Assembly: GCA_031263815.1 (NCBI GenBank)
Contig: JAISFD010000022.1
Span: 5,320 to 69,319, forward strand
Direction of reading: 5' to 3'
Source: Coxiellaceae bacterium
GTDB lineage: Bacteria > Pseudomonadota > Gammaproteobacteria > UBA9339
Length of the DNA: 64,000 nt
The notes beneath the pieces are model-generated. The model saw only the letters and a list, made by a program, of their open reading frames with translations. It did not search any database and was not told the DNA's origin. Positions 20,105-30,676 of this stretch are shown piece after piece; position 1 is the stretch's first letter, and each line of letters opens with the position of its first letter. A program made the position numbers and the translations under genes.

Positions 20105-21217
20105 ATGACTTTTAGGATTGAAAGACCATCACCTGATACGCTAGAGATTATTTTTTCCGACAAATTAGATGTCAATAAAGTAGTAGAAATTTGGCAAAAC
20201 TGTCTATTGGTCGTAGCTCACAATCAACCACAAACGTTACTCTTGGATTTTAACGCAGTAGATTATTGTGATGGTGCAGGAATTGCTTTAATTAACGTAT
20301 TACAAAAGGGGCAACTAGAACATAAGCGCAACTGTATCATCCGTAATTTAAAATCTGACTTTCATAAGTTATTAGAATATACCAAAAAGCGACCGAATAA
20401 GATGGAAGAGAAAGTTTGGATCCGTGACAATCTCCTTGTGCACCTTGGTCATATAACATTAAACATCATCAATATCTTTCGGGATAATATAACTTTTCTT
20501 GGTATCTTATTTTATCAACTATTTTTTTCTTTATTTAAAATCCAAAAAATTCGTTGGCGTGATTTTTTAAGGATTGCTGAAGATACCGGGCCACAAGCGG
20601 TGCCCATCATTGCTCTTATCGGTTTTTTGATTGGTTTGATCTCTACTTTTCAATCAGCGCCATCATTTGAAAAGTTTGGAGTGCAAATTTATATGGTAGA
20701 TTTGGTAGGTTTAGGCTTAGTAAGAGAGATGGGACCGCTGTTAACTGCGGTGCTACTTGCCGGTAGAACCGCTTCAGCTTTTGCTGCCGAAATTGGAACT
20801 ATGAAAATTAACCAAGAGATTGATGCTTTAAAGACTATGGGGTTAAATCCGGTGCGTTTTTTGGTTATTCCACGAATTTTAGCGACTATAACTATTACTC
20901 CAATCCTAGAAGTTTTTTTTATTGCTTTTGGTTTATTAGGATGTTTAGTAGTAATGCTTTCATTGGGTTATACCGCTGATACTTTTATTAGTCGACTATG
21001 TGCTGCCATCGAACCTGTTGACTATATAGGTGGTTTAATTAAGGTTTTTATATTTGGTATAGTGATTGCTGGAGTTGGATGTTTACATGGCATTAAAACT
21101 CGTTTTGGTGCTCAAGCGATTGGTTACTCTACCACACAAGCAGTGGTTAGTAGTTTAATTATGTTAGTTGTGGTCGATGGTATTTTCGCATTAATCTATT
21201 ATGTTTTAGGAATTTAG
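20105..21217 (+). CDS. MlaE-family ABC permease fused to an N-terminal STAS domain
   Basis: The N-terminal ~100 aa are STAS-like (LLLDFNAVDYCDGAGIALI). The rest is MlaE-like (VREMGPLLTAVLLAGRTASAFAAEIGTMKINQEIDAL). Confidence 0.8.
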   Translation: MTFRIERPSPDTLEIIFSDKLDVNKVVEIWQNCLLVVAHNQPQTLLLDFNAVDYCDGAGIALINVLQKGQLEHKRNCIIRNLKSDFHKLLEYTKKRPNKMEEKVWIRDNLLVHLGHITLNIINIFRDNITFLGILFYQLFFSLFKIQKIRWRDFLRIAEDTGPQAVPIIALIGFLIGLISTFQSAPSFEKFGVQIYMVDLVGLGLVREMGPLLTAVLLAGRTASAFAAEIGTMKINQEIDALKTMGLNPVRFLVIPRILATITITPILEVFFIAFGLLGCLVVMLSLGYTADTFISRLCAAIEPVDYIGGLIKVFIFGIVIAGVGCLHGIKTRFGAQAIGYSTTQAVVSSLIMLVVVDGIFALIYYVLGI

Positions 21218-21220
21218 ATA

Positions 21221-21967
21221 ATGAAGCAAACACCGCTAATCAAAGTCCAAAATTTAGTAGCTTGCTACGGTAGAGATGTTGTATTGGATAATATTAGTTT
21301 TGCTGTTTACCCTGGTGAGATTTTTATGATTATTGGTGGTTCAGGGTGTGGCAAAACTACTTTGTTAAATCACCTTATTGGTTTGTTGACCCCATATTCT
21401 GGTGATATCTTGTTAGATGGACAGATTATTAGTCGTACCTCTGATAGAGAGCGTTTGCCTATTTTAAAGAAGATTGGTGTGATGTATCAAAACGGAGCTT
21501 TATTTGGTTCGATGAACTTATTGCAAAATATTGCATTACCACTAGAAGAACTAACGGAACTGCCAAAAGATGCTATTATAGAGATAGCTCATAATAAGTT
21601 GACAATGGTGAGGTTAGAGAATTTTTATAATTATATGCCTGCTCAGCTTAGTGGTGGCATGCAAAAAAGAGCAGCAATTGCAAGAGCTATGGTACTAGAT
21701 CCGAAAATACTTTTTTTGGACGAGCCCACAGCTGGTTTAGATCCAATTAACTCTTCAGAAATTGATCAACTTATTGTAGACTTAGCAAAAATTTTAGGAA
21801 TAACATTTGTTATTGTGTCGCATGACCTTGTTAGCATTTATAAAATAGCTAGGAGGGTGATTTTGCTATATAAGGGGAAGGTAATTGCTGAAGGTTATCC
21901 TCAAGAATTACAATATAGTTCAGACCCCTTGGTAAAAAAATTTTTTACAAGTAGAAAGGTGGCATAG
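21221..21967 (+). CDS. ABC transporter ATP-binding protein (MlaF-like)
   Basis: Walker A GGSGCGKTT, signature LSGGMQKR, Walker B LFLDEP. Confidence 0.9.
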   Translation: MKQTPLIKVQNLVACYGRDVVLDNISFAVYPGEIFMIIGGSGCGKTTLLNHLIGLLTPYSGDILLDGQIISRTSDRERLPILKKIGVMYQNGALFGSMNLLQNIALPLEELTELPKDAIIEIAHNKLTMVRLENFYNYMPAQLSGGMQKRAAIARAMVLDPKILFLDEPTAGLDPINSSEIDQLIVDLAKILGITFVIVSHDLVSIYKIARRVILLYKGKVIAEGYPQELQYSSDPLVKKFFTSRKVA

Positions 21968-22771
21968 ATGATTGCTGACACTAATGAAACTAATTATTTT
22001 AGAATAGGAATTTTCGTTTTAGTAGGGATTACTTTGATTGTCTTTGCTTTGTTAGTTTTTGGTTCAAGAAAACTCCTAGAGCCCATCGTATATGTTGAAA
22101 CTTATTTTGAAGAGTCAGTCCAAGGTATTTCCGAAGGTACTCCAGTAAAATATAGAGGTTTACAAATTGGTTATATTACAGATATTGCTTTTTCTAGTGA
22201 GATATATCGAGAGATCGTAGCACAACCTAGTAGTGAACAGATGCATGCACGTTCAATTTATGTGAGGATTGCTATTACCTCTAAGTTATTCACTCAACTT
22301 AAGTCTGAGGCGTTAAAAGCATTTTTAACAAGTGAGATAGTCAATGGTTTACGGATTAGAATCATAACCCAGGGTTTAACTGGAACTAGTTATTTAGAAC
22401 TTGATTATGTTGACCCTAAAACTAATCCGATGATACCAGTCGCTTGGCAACCCCAAGTATTTTATATTCCATCTGTTACTAGTAATTTAACTAAACTTAG
22501 TGAAAATGCCCGCTATATTATGAATGAATTAAAAGATATTAATTTTAAACGTTTATTTTTGCATATAGATACTCTCGTTGTATCCCTTAATCGCTTGACT
22601 AATAGAACTGAAAATTTATTAGATTATATTGATAATCCATTAATTGAGTTGATTAAGGAATTAAAAATTGTTACTAGTAATATAGGAGAAGTATCTAGGC
22701 GGATAAAACTTCGACCATCGGAAATAATATTTGGTTCTTCTCCACCACCATTGGACCCTAATAAATTATGA
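21968..22771 (+). CDS. MCE/MlaD-family substrate-binding protein
   Basis: N-terminal TM anchor followed by an MCE-like beta region (GISEGTPVKYRGLQIGYITDI). Confidence 0.75.
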   Translation: MIADTNETNYFRIGIFVLVGITLIVFALLVFGSRKLLEPIVYVETYFEESVQGISEGTPVKYRGLQIGYITDIAFSSEIYREIVAQPSSEQMHARSIYVRIAITSKLFTQLKSEALKAFLTSEIVNGLRIRIITQGLTGTSYLELDYVDPKTNPMIPVAWQPQVFYIPSVTSNLTKLSENARYIMNELKDINFKRLFLHIDTLVVSLNRLTNRTENLLDYIDNPLIELIKELKIVTSNIGEVSRRIKLRPSEIIFGSSPPPLDPNKL

Positions 22772-23355
22772 ACTATAAAATGTTGTGGTTACGATTTATA
22801 TTAGCATATTTAATATGCTCATTGTTGGCAGGATGTGTTTCTACTAAATATGTTGAACATAAGCAGTATTTGTTAGATGTTCCAGCAGTTCAAACAGGAA
22901 AGAAAGCTCAACGCTCTTATACAATTTTTGTCAATCGGGTAGAAGCAATAGCTCCTTTCGATCAACTGGATTTTTTGTATCGTGTTAAATCCGGATATTA
23001 TTTAAGTGATTATTATCATGGTTTCCTTGTTCCACCATCTGAACAACTGGATGAAATTGTGAGTGCTTATTTTAGAACGCATGGTATCGAGCTTACTGCA
23101 TCTCAAAATAGATTAAATATCAAACTAACAGAATTCTATGCAGATTATCGAGATCGTAATAACCCTAAAGCCGTGATTACTATGCGGTTTATTCTAAGCA
23201 AATTAATTGATAATAAAGTAGTAATTTTAGTTGATAAGACGCTTCGATCTGCTATTACTCTCAAAGCAAAAAATACTGAAAATCTACTTTATGGATGGAA
23301 TAAAGGGATTAAAGATATTATGGAACGTTTAGTTCAAGTATTAAATCGTACTTGA
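22768..23355 (+). CDS. ABC-type transport auxiliary lipoprotein
   Basis: Lipobox LLAGC. It is translationally coupled to the MCE gene (ATGA overlap) and has the size and position typical of the auxiliary lipoprotein in mce-type loci. Confidence 0.6.
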   Translation: MNYKMLWLRFILAYLICSLLAGCVSTKYVEHKQYLLDVPAVQTGKKAQRSYTIFVNRVEAIAPFDQLDFLYRVKSGYYLSDYYHGFLVPPSEQLDEIVSAYFRTHGIELTASQNRLNIKLTEFYADYRDRNNPKAVITMRFILSKLIDNKVVILVDKTLRSAITLKAKNTENLLYGWNKGIKDIMERLVQVLNRT

Positions 23356-23379
23356 TTACGGCTAATAATATATACCTAC

Positions 23380-23955
23380 GTGAAAAACTTGCGACATAAA
23401 TATAACTCACAATTAAGAGATTTCCATAACATCGTTCTGATCGGTCCTATGGGAGCTGGAAAAACTAGTATTGGTCGGGCATTAGCTCGAGAACTTGGCT
23501 GGAAATTTTATGATTCTGATCACATGATTGAAGAGTGTGCAGGAGTGGATCTTTTGTGGATCTATGATCTAGAAGGGGAAGATAGCTTCCATAAGTGGGA
23601 GCAAAAGGTAATTGCCGAACTCACACAAAAACCTAACATCATTCTTGCAACTGGTGGTAGTACCGTAATAGTTCCTGAAAATAGGGAGGCAATATTAAGA
23701 AACGGCTTAATTGTGTATTTATCTATTTCTCTTGATGATCAATTAATCCGTACGGGATACGGCAAAAAACGGCCGTTGTCTCAAGATTTAGAAGAACGTC
23801 GTAAAATTTTAAAACGGCTTTACAGTGAATATGTTCCGCTTTATGAAAAACTAGCTGATATTGTTTTTAATACAGATAGCAAAACAAGCCATACTACAAT
23901 TGCAGCTTTAGTCAAATTAATTCATGACAAAGCACCGCACTTTAAATTCGATTAG
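23380..23955 (+). CDS. aroK: Shikimate kinase
   Basis: LIGPMGAGKTSIGRALA P-loop, GGSTV motif, small size, GTG start. Confidence 0.85.
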   Translation: MKNLRHKYNSQLRDFHNIVLIGPMGAGKTSIGRALARELGWKFYDSDHMIEECAGVDLLWIYDLEGEDSFHKWEQKVIAELTQKPNIILATGGSTVIVPENREAILRNGLIVYLSISLDDQLIRTGYGKKRPLSQDLEERRKILKRLYSEYVPLYEKLADIVFNTDSKTSHTTIAALVKLIHDKAPHFKFD

Positions 23956-23966
23956 TTATAATTGCA

Positions 23967-25424
23967 TTACATGTCAGATTGTTTCTGATGTAACTCTTTA
24001 TTTAGAGCAAGTGTGGAATAGAGCCACCATAACATTACAATTACGAATATACCAGCAATTGCGGGAGCTAAATCTAGTAGAGTTAGACCACTAAATATTG
24101 TAAGCAATACTTGCTGAATAAATGCTCCACTCCCTTTACCAAAGCGCATCCCGATCATTTCAGCAGCAGCTTTACCTTTAGTTTTTAGATCATCATCTAA
24201 TGGTATATATGCCATCTCTTTAGTAGCATCGAATAGTGTATGTTTAGTTGACCTTGCTGCAATATTATGAACAGCGCCAAAATACACAGCCATAGCTAAT
24301 GCTGGCATACTAACACTAAACACCAAAGCAATGTCTTTGAAGACCATAAACAAGAAAAACATTACACCTACAATCGCAAATATAATAGGAGTAATTAATG
24401 CCGTAGTTTTCCACTTACATGCACGCACAATATAAACTCCGAGTAAAGCAAAAGCGATACTGAGAATCGAAATATAGAGGTTAATGTTACTCATAAAATA
24501 ATGGATAAGATTGGCGTCACCACCAAAATGAATTTCGATAGATTTTTTCCATACGCCTTCTGCTAAATTAATTGAAATGTTATAGCATAGAAGTAACGAG
24601 GTAATTAGCAGTATAGGTTTAGATGATGCAATAACTTTCAAGCTTTCGGTAAAACTAATCTTAGGTTTTTTGGTTTTGACAATGCCACCAATATTACTAC
24701 GACTGTTAAATTTTTCTATACCAATAACTTTACCTAGTAGTACGATGCAAATCGACAATAAAACTCCACCGACTATCAGAGAAATAGTCACATTATTTAG
24801 AGTTGGTTGCCAGTCAGTGCCATGGGTTACAAAGGATTTAGATAAAGTCCCGGCAAACATCATACCAAATTGAGCAGTTAGGCCGAAAAGAGGATAAAAT
24901 CGTTTTGATTCTTCAATGCTTGTAATATGGTTGACGGCTTGCCACAAAGAAATGGAGAGCATGATAGTCACCCACATCTCAGAGAAGACATAAAATAGAC
25001 AAAAGTCCCAACTACTTATTATAGTGAAAATATATTTCATAGCGGGTAATTGTTCTTGAGTTTCAGGGCTAATATAGATAGATAGTGCTTCATGATTTGG
25101 ATAGAACACAAGAGCGAATAGAGCAAAATAGGAGACAAAAAACCATGTCATAACATGAAAGAGTTTGCTCCGACTAAAAATATCTGCCAGTTTAATATAG
25201 GCAAACATAAATAAGATAGAAAGAGGTGTCACTAACCATAGTTTAATAGCGCTAATAGCTTCTGTATGCAAATGATGAATAACTAGTGCATCTTTTGATA
25301 TTTTTAACATAGTGTGAATATAGGTGATGATAATCATCATCGCAGCGAGACACATAAATTTTGATAACTCATGTTTATGAATAGGAACGACCTTTTCTTG
25401 TAACCATATAGTTAGTTTTTTCAT
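23967..25424 (-). CDS. tlc: ATP/ADP translocase-type nucleotide transporter (NTT/Tlc family), paralog 1
   Basis: Polytopic ~485-aa protein with family-typical blocks HITSIEESKRFYPLFG and EMAYIPLDDDLKTKGKAAAEMIGMRFGKGSGAF. I prefer the internal ATG (MKKLTIW) at 25424 over 25490. Confidence 0.9.
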   Translation of the reverse strand: MKKLTIWLQEKVVPIHKHELSKFMCLAAMMIIITYIHTMLKISKDALVIHHLHTEAISAIKLWLVTPLSILFMFAYIKLADIFSRSKLFHVMTWFFVSYFALFALVFYPNHEALSIYISPETQEQLPAMKYIFTIISSWDFCLFYVFSEMWVTIMLSISLWQAVNHITSIEESKRFYPLFGLTAQFGMMFAGTLSKSFVTHGTDWQPTLNNVTISLIVGGVLLSICIVLLGKVIGIEKFNSRSNIGGIVKTKKPKISFTESLKVIASSKPILLITSLLLCYNISINLAEGVWKKSIEIHFGGDANLIHYFMSNINLYISILSIAFALLGVYIVRACKWKTTALITPIIFAIVGVMFFLFMVFKDIALVFSVSMPALAMAVYFGAVHNIAARSTKHTLFDATKEMAYIPLDDDLKTKGKAAAEMIGMRFGKGSGAFIQQVLLTIFSGLTLLDLAPAIAGIFVIVMLWWLYSTLALNKELHQKQSDM

Positions 25425-25738
25425 ACTACTTTCTCTTCTATTTTTTGATCTATTTTTATTATTTTTAGTATAGCACATGTAAAAATTCAAGTGGTGTTAT
25501 AGTATTAATTATTTTTTAAATTGTAAAGATTTGATTGCAACATTATATTTTCGGCTACAATTACTGATTTAGTATAGTAATTAACATTAGAAATATCCTT
25601 AACATTTCCTTAATAATTTTCTCTAAGAAATCATAACTATCTGAAATTTTCCGAATAAAGAACTTAGAAGTCAATGTTCGAGGGATAACCAGATAAGACT
25701 TGATTATTTAAAAATGATAAGATTTGTAACTAAGGACC

Positions 25739-27067
25739 ATGAATATTAAAGAAAATGTAGAAATATCTTATCAGCCACTTGCGGCACGAATGCGACCGCG
25801 CAGTATCGATGAATTTATTGGTCAAGAGCATTTGTTAGGTTTTGGTAAACCACTTAGGCGTGCTATTGAGAATAAAATCTTGCATTCGATGATTTTATGG
25901 GGACCACCAGGTAGTGGTAAGACAACTTTAGCTAGATTATTAGCTACAAGTGTTCACGCCCATATCGAAACGATCTCAGCAGTGCTTGCAGGGGTAAAAG
26001 ATATTCGAGAAATAGTAACAAGAGCTAAAGAGATCCGAAAGACTAAAAATCAGCCAACGATCTTGTTTGTTGATGAAGTGCATCGTTTTAATAGATCTCA
26101 GCAAGATGCATTTCTCCCTTTTGTTGAGGAAGGAATTTTAACTTTGATAGGTGCTACTACTGAGAATCCGTCATTTGAACTCAATAGCGCTTTACTTTCA
26201 CGGAGCCGTGTTTATGTACTTAAACGAATGCAGGAAAATGAGATATTACAGGTAATTAACCGGGCATTAGCAAATAAGGCATGGGGATTAGGTGAGCGTA
26301 ATATAATTCTTGCTGAGAATTTGCGCAAAAGAATTGCACATATGGCTGATGGAGATGCAAGGCAAGCACTGAATTTTTTAGAGATTTGTGTGGATTTTGT
26401 CGAAGCGAAAGATGGGAGAGAAGAAATTACTGAAACATTGTTACAAGAGATGTTTACTGCGGGAGTACGTCGTTTTGATAAAAGAGGAGAAATATTTTAT
26501 GATCAGATTTCTGCACTTCATAAAGCAGTACGAGGTTCTGATCCAGATGCAGCATTGTATTGGTTTTGTCGAATGATTGATGGCGGTTGTGATCCGCTTT
26601 ACATTGCACGTAGAGTAGTAAGGATGGCAAGTGAAGATATTGGTAATGCTGATCCGAGAGCTCTTACTTTAGCGCTTAGTGCTGCTGAAACTTACGAGCG
26701 TTTAGGTACTCCTGAAGGTGAATTAGCGCTTGCTCAAGCCATAATTTATATGGCTTGTGCTGCCAAAAGTAATGCTATTTACCTTGCTTTTGATGAAGCG
26801 ATGAATGATGTTAAAGAATATGGTTCGCTAGATGTGCCATTACACATTCGTAATGCTCCCACTAAATTAATGAAACAACTTGGTTATGTAAAGAACTATC
26901 GTTATGCTCACGATGAAGATTATGGATACGCTGCCAATGAAAATTATTTACCTGAGATGTTACCGAAGAGGCAATATTATCGGCCAATGCCAAGAGGCTT
27001 AGAGATTAAAATTCGTGAAAAGTTAGAATATTTGCGGAAATTAGATAAGGAAAATAGTAAAATGTAA
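25739..27067 (+). CDS. rarA: Replication-associated recombination protein A (AAA ATPase)
   Basis: GPPGSGKTTLA, FVDEVHRFN, and a conserved C-terminal MgsA domain. Upstream of serS, as in E. coli. Confidence 0.95.
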   Translation: MNIKENVEISYQPLAARMRPRSIDEFIGQEHLLGFGKPLRRAIENKILHSMILWGPPGSGKTTLARLLATSVHAHIETISAVLAGVKDIREIVTRAKEIRKTKNQPTILFVDEVHRFNRSQQDAFLPFVEEGILTLIGATTENPSFELNSALLSRSRVYVLKRMQENEILQVINRALANKAWGLGERNIILAENLRKRIAHMADGDARQALNFLEICVDFVEAKDGREEITETLLQEMFTAGVRRFDKRGEIFYDQISALHKAVRGSDPDAALYWFCRMIDGGCDPLYIARRVVRMASEDIGNADPRALTLALSAAETYERLGTPEGELALAQAIIYMACAAKSNAIYLAFDEAMNDVKEYGSLDVPLHIRNAPTKLMKQLGYVKNYRYAHDEDYGYAANENYLPEMLPKRQYYRPMPRGLEIKIREKLEYLRKLDKENSKM

Positions 27068-27099
27068 ATAGTTGTTACACTCGGAGAATAATCTAAAAT

Positions 27100-28374
27100 A
27101 TGCTCGATCCAAAATGTTTTCGTCAAGAACTTACTGAAACTATTAAAAGATTAAAGAAAAGAGGATTTACACTAGATATATCCTTCATACAAAATCTCGA
27201 AGAGAAACGTCATCTTACTCAAATTGAGGTACAAGCCCTACAAAATGAACGTAATCAGCGTTCAAAGGAGGTAGGAAATGCTAAAAACCGGGGAGAAGAT
27301 GTATCGTCTCTTATTGTTAATATGCATGGAGTTAGTGCAAAACTTGAAGCTAAACAAAAGGAACTTGATACTATTCTAGTAGAATTACATAATGCTTATA
27401 GTGGTGTTCCAAATTTACCTCATGATTCAGTCCTTGAAGGAAAAACTAGCGAAGATAAAGTAGAAATTAGACGTTATAGTGAACCACGAATATTTAATTT
27501 TATCCCGAAAGATCATGTTACCTTAGGAGTTGCTCTAGGTATGATGGATTTTGAAAAAGCTGCTAAGATTGCTGGAGCTAGATTTGTTGTGTTATTTAGT
27601 AAGTTAGCGAAATTACAACGTGCTCTAATTCAATTTATGTTAGATATTCATACTAAAGAGCATGGATATAAAGAAGTATATGTGCCTCATTTAGTCAATC
27701 GAGCAAGTTTATTTGGTACCGGCCAATTGCCGAAATTTGAGGATGATTTATTTAACATAGACAACGATTTTAGGTATAGTTTAATTCCTACCTCTGAAGT
27801 TCCAGTGACTAATTTAGTAAGAGATGAAATTGTTGCAGAAGATAAGCTACCACTAAAATATGTCGCTTATACTCCCTGTTATCGTAGTGAAGCTGGCAGC
27901 TACGGTAAGGATCTCCATGGTATGATTCGACAACATCAGTTTGAAAAGGTTGAATTGGTGCGTTTAGAAAAACCGGAAAACTCATATGAAGCGCTTGAAG
28001 AGCTTACCAAACATGCAGAGAAAATTTTACAAAAATTAGATTTGCCTTATCGCGTAGTTGCTTTATGTAGTAACGATCTAGGTTTTGCTTCAGCAAAAAC
28101 TTATGATCTAGAAGTATGGGTTCCTTCACAAAATAAATATCGTGAGATTTCTTCTTGTAGTAATTTTGAGTCATTTCAAGCTCGGCGTATGAAAGCAAGA
28201 TTTCGTTCACTGAAATCTAATAAAATTGCATTATTACACACTTTAAATGGTTCTGGTTTGGCAGTAGGACGTACATTAATAGCCATTCTTGAAAACTATC
28301 AAGATCGTGATGGACACATCCATTTACCGGAGATTTTGTGGAGTTATATGGATGGGGAAAAAGTTATACAATAA
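27100..28374 (+). CDS. serS: Serine--tRNA ligase
   Basis: N-terminal coiled-coil arm plus class II core (TPCYRSEAGSYGKD, GSGLAVGRT). Confidence 0.97.
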   Translation: MLDPKCFRQELTETIKRLKKRGFTLDISFIQNLEEKRHLTQIEVQALQNERNQRSKEVGNAKNRGEDVSSLIVNMHGVSAKLEAKQKELDTILVELHNAYSGVPNLPHDSVLEGKTSEDKVEIRRYSEPRIFNFIPKDHVTLGVALGMMDFEKAAKIAGARFVVLFSKLAKLQRALIQFMLDIHTKEHGYKEVYVPHLVNRASLFGTGQLPKFEDDLFNIDNDFRYSLIPTSEVPVTNLVRDEIVAEDKLPLKYVAYTPCYRSEAGSYGKDLHGMIRQHQFEKVELVRLEKPENSYEALEELTKHAEKILQKLDLPYRVVALCSNDLGFASAKTYDLEVWVPSQNKYREISSCSNFESFQARRMKARFRSLKSNKIALLHTLNGSGLAVGRTLIAILENYQDRDGHIHLPEILWSYMDGEKVIQ

Positions 28375-28428
28375 TATATTGTAGAATTTAGAGTTGCATC
28401 TTATTACCAATAAAGATGTATCTGAGTT

Positions 28429-29547
28429 ATGAAAATAGTAACACGTTATCTAATCCGCGAGGTTTATATCGCTATGTTAGCAGCGGTAGTAGTGTTACTG
28501 TTTATTTTCTTAAGTAATGTTTTAGTACGTTATATGCATTTTGCGGCTAGTGGAGCATTATCTAGCCAAGCAGTAAAAATAATAATGTTACTACAAATCC
28601 CTATTTTATCTGCCATACTTTTACCTGCTAGCCTGTTTTTGGGTATACTACTTGCATATGGTCGTTTATATGCAGATAGTGAAATGATTATATTCACTGT
28701 ATGTGGTATGGATCCTAAACGCTTATTAACTACTAACCTGATTTTGGCTTTGATCATAATACTTTTAGTTGCTACGTTGTCTTTATGGATTAATCCTAAA
28801 GTTTATAAATATTATGATCACATAAACAGTGGAGCTACTTCATTAGTACTAGACATGGTTAAACCTGGTAGCTTTAACAATGAGATTGCTCAAGGTAAGT
28901 GGGTATTTTATGTTGAAACGATATCTCATGATAAGAAATATTTTTATAACGTCTTTGCAGTGGAGCAAACAAATAATTCTAGTCAGATTGGAGAACAGAA
29001 TTTATGTGTATTGACCGCCAAAAGTGCTTATCAGCAACAAGGTGATTCTAATGGTAATGAACCTTACATAATTCTTAAAGATGGATATCGTTATGTGGGC
29101 ACTCCTGGACAAAAAGACTATGAAATAACTAAGTATGATGAATATGGAATTAAAATATCGCCAGAAACTCAGGAATGGCATGGAGACGAAAGTAGTATTC
29201 CAACTATGAAATTATTACAGGCTAAACACAATAATTTAGCTGCAGCAGAACTACAGTGGCGAATTTCCTTACCGCTATCTACTTTTATATTAACCTTGAT
29301 TGGTATTCCGTTGAGTAAAGTTAAATCCAAACGAGGTCGTTATGCTCAATTGATTCCAGCAATACTTTTATATGTTGTATATGCTAACTTTTTATTTCTA
29401 GCAAGAGCTTGGATCAAAAGAGGAGTTTTATCACCAATGTTAGGTGTTTGGTGGGTACATGGTTTAATGCTGGCTTTAGCAATCTTTTTAATTGGTAGGC
29501 AACTCGGATGGTGGCGAATTTTTGGGGCAAAAATTCAAGATGTATAA
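28429..29547 (+). CDS. lptF: LPS export ABC permease LptF
   Basis: YjgP/YjgQ-type permease architecture; paired with lptG. Confidence 0.85.
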   Translation: MKIVTRYLIREVYIAMLAAVVVLLFIFLSNVLVRYMHFAASGALSSQAVKIIMLLQIPILSAILLPASLFLGILLAYGRLYADSEMIIFTVCGMDPKRLLTTNLILALIIILLVATLSLWINPKVYKYYDHINSGATSLVLDMVKPGSFNNEIAQGKWVFYVETISHDKKYFYNVFAVEQTNNSSQIGEQNLCVLTAKSAYQQQGDSNGNEPYIILKDGYRYVGTPGQKDYEITKYDEYGIKISPETQEWHGDESSIPTMKLLQAKHNNLAAAELQWRISLPLSTFILTLIGIPLSKVKSKRGRYAQLIPAILLYVVYANFLFLARAWIKRGVLSPMLGVWWVHGLMLALAIFLIGRQLGWWRIFGAKIQDV

Positions 29548-29583
29548 ATATCATCTTCAATATCAACAAACACGCATTACCGT

Positions 29584-30645
29584 ATGAAAATATTAGAAAA
29601 ATATATTTTTAAATTCATTGTTAGCCATGTATTACTAGTAATTTTATTTTTAATTGGTTTGCATATGTTTGTCGAGTTTTTACACGAATTTCCTAATATT
29701 GGGGTTAAAGATTATGGTTTGTATAAGATTTTAATTTGTGTAATTCTAATGTTACCTAATGATCTTTATCAATTTTTTCCTATAGCCTGTTTATTAGGTT
29801 CAGTAATTGCCCTCGGTTTGTTAGCATCACATAGTGAGTTGATTATCATGCGAGTTTCTGGGATGTCATTAATTAATATCACCTCTGCTGTTCTTAAAGC
29901 GGCCATATTTCTATTATTGATAATGATATTAATTGGCGAGATAATATCTCCAATAGCTCAGCGTAGATCGGTTCAGATAAAAACCGCTGCTTTAACTGGT
30001 GGACAGACTTCACTGACCATGCAAGGTATATGGTTGCGTGATAATCAAGATATTATAAATATTAATTCAGCATCTAGTGGTGGATTACATGGTGTTACTC
30101 GTTACCGATTTACTGATGATAAAAAACTACAGTTTGTGAGTTGTGCAGAAACTGGGGTTTATAAAAATAAAAGCTGGATTCTGAATAACGTAAAATATAC
30201 TGAATTTCAAGATGACAAAATAAATAATTTCAATATTCCAGAAGAGCAGGTAGCATTGAAAATTAATCCGAATTTAATTGGCATCGAATATATATACACT
30301 AATCAAGAAAATCTTCTTGATTTATACAATTATATAGAATATCGTTCTCAAAGCGGCTTAGATGTTGCCGGCCATAAAGTAGCTTTTTGGCAAAGAATTT
30401 TCGCGCCTTTTGCCACATTGATTATGATTCTACTTGCTATTCCATTTATATTTGGTTTATTACGTGGATCAACAATGGGTCTAAGGATGTTAGTAGGCAT
30501 GGTATTCGGTTTTGGGTTTTATATTTTTCATCAATTTGTAGGACCAATGAGCGTTGTTTATCATGTTCCTCCAGTATTAGCCGCTTTTTTGCCTGCCTTG
30601 GTTTTTGCTACTATTGGGACAATTCTTTTATTTAAAGTGCGCTAG
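29584..30645 (+). CDS. lptG: LPS export ABC permease LptG
   Basis: YjgP/YjgQ-type permease directly after lptF. Confidence 0.85.
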   Translation: MKILEKYIFKFIVSHVLLVILFLIGLHMFVEFLHEFPNIGVKDYGLYKILICVILMLPNDLYQFFPIACLLGSVIALGLLASHSELIIMRVSGMSLINITSAVLKAAIFLLLIMILIGEIISPIAQRRSVQIKTAALTGGQTSLTMQGIWLRDNQDIININSASSGGLHGVTRYRFTDDKKLQFVSCAETGVYKNKSWILNNVKYTEFQDDKINNFNIPEEQVALKINPNLIGIEYIYTNQENLLDLYNYIEYRSQSGLDVAGHKVAFWQRIFAPFATLIMILLAIPFIFGLLRGSTMGLRMLVGMVFGFGFYIFHQFVGPMSVVYHVPPVLAAFLPALVFATIGTILLFKVR

Positions 30646-30676
30646 CTAGCGTTTTCATATAATATATGAATGTACA

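Noticed and set aside
19742-21217. tmRNA as the integration site of a genomic island, since ssrA 3-prime ends are common att sites.
   Set aside because: Downstream genes are a core-like Mce/Mla transporter followed by aroK. There is no integrase, and I did not find a direct repeat of the ssrA 3-prime end downstream.
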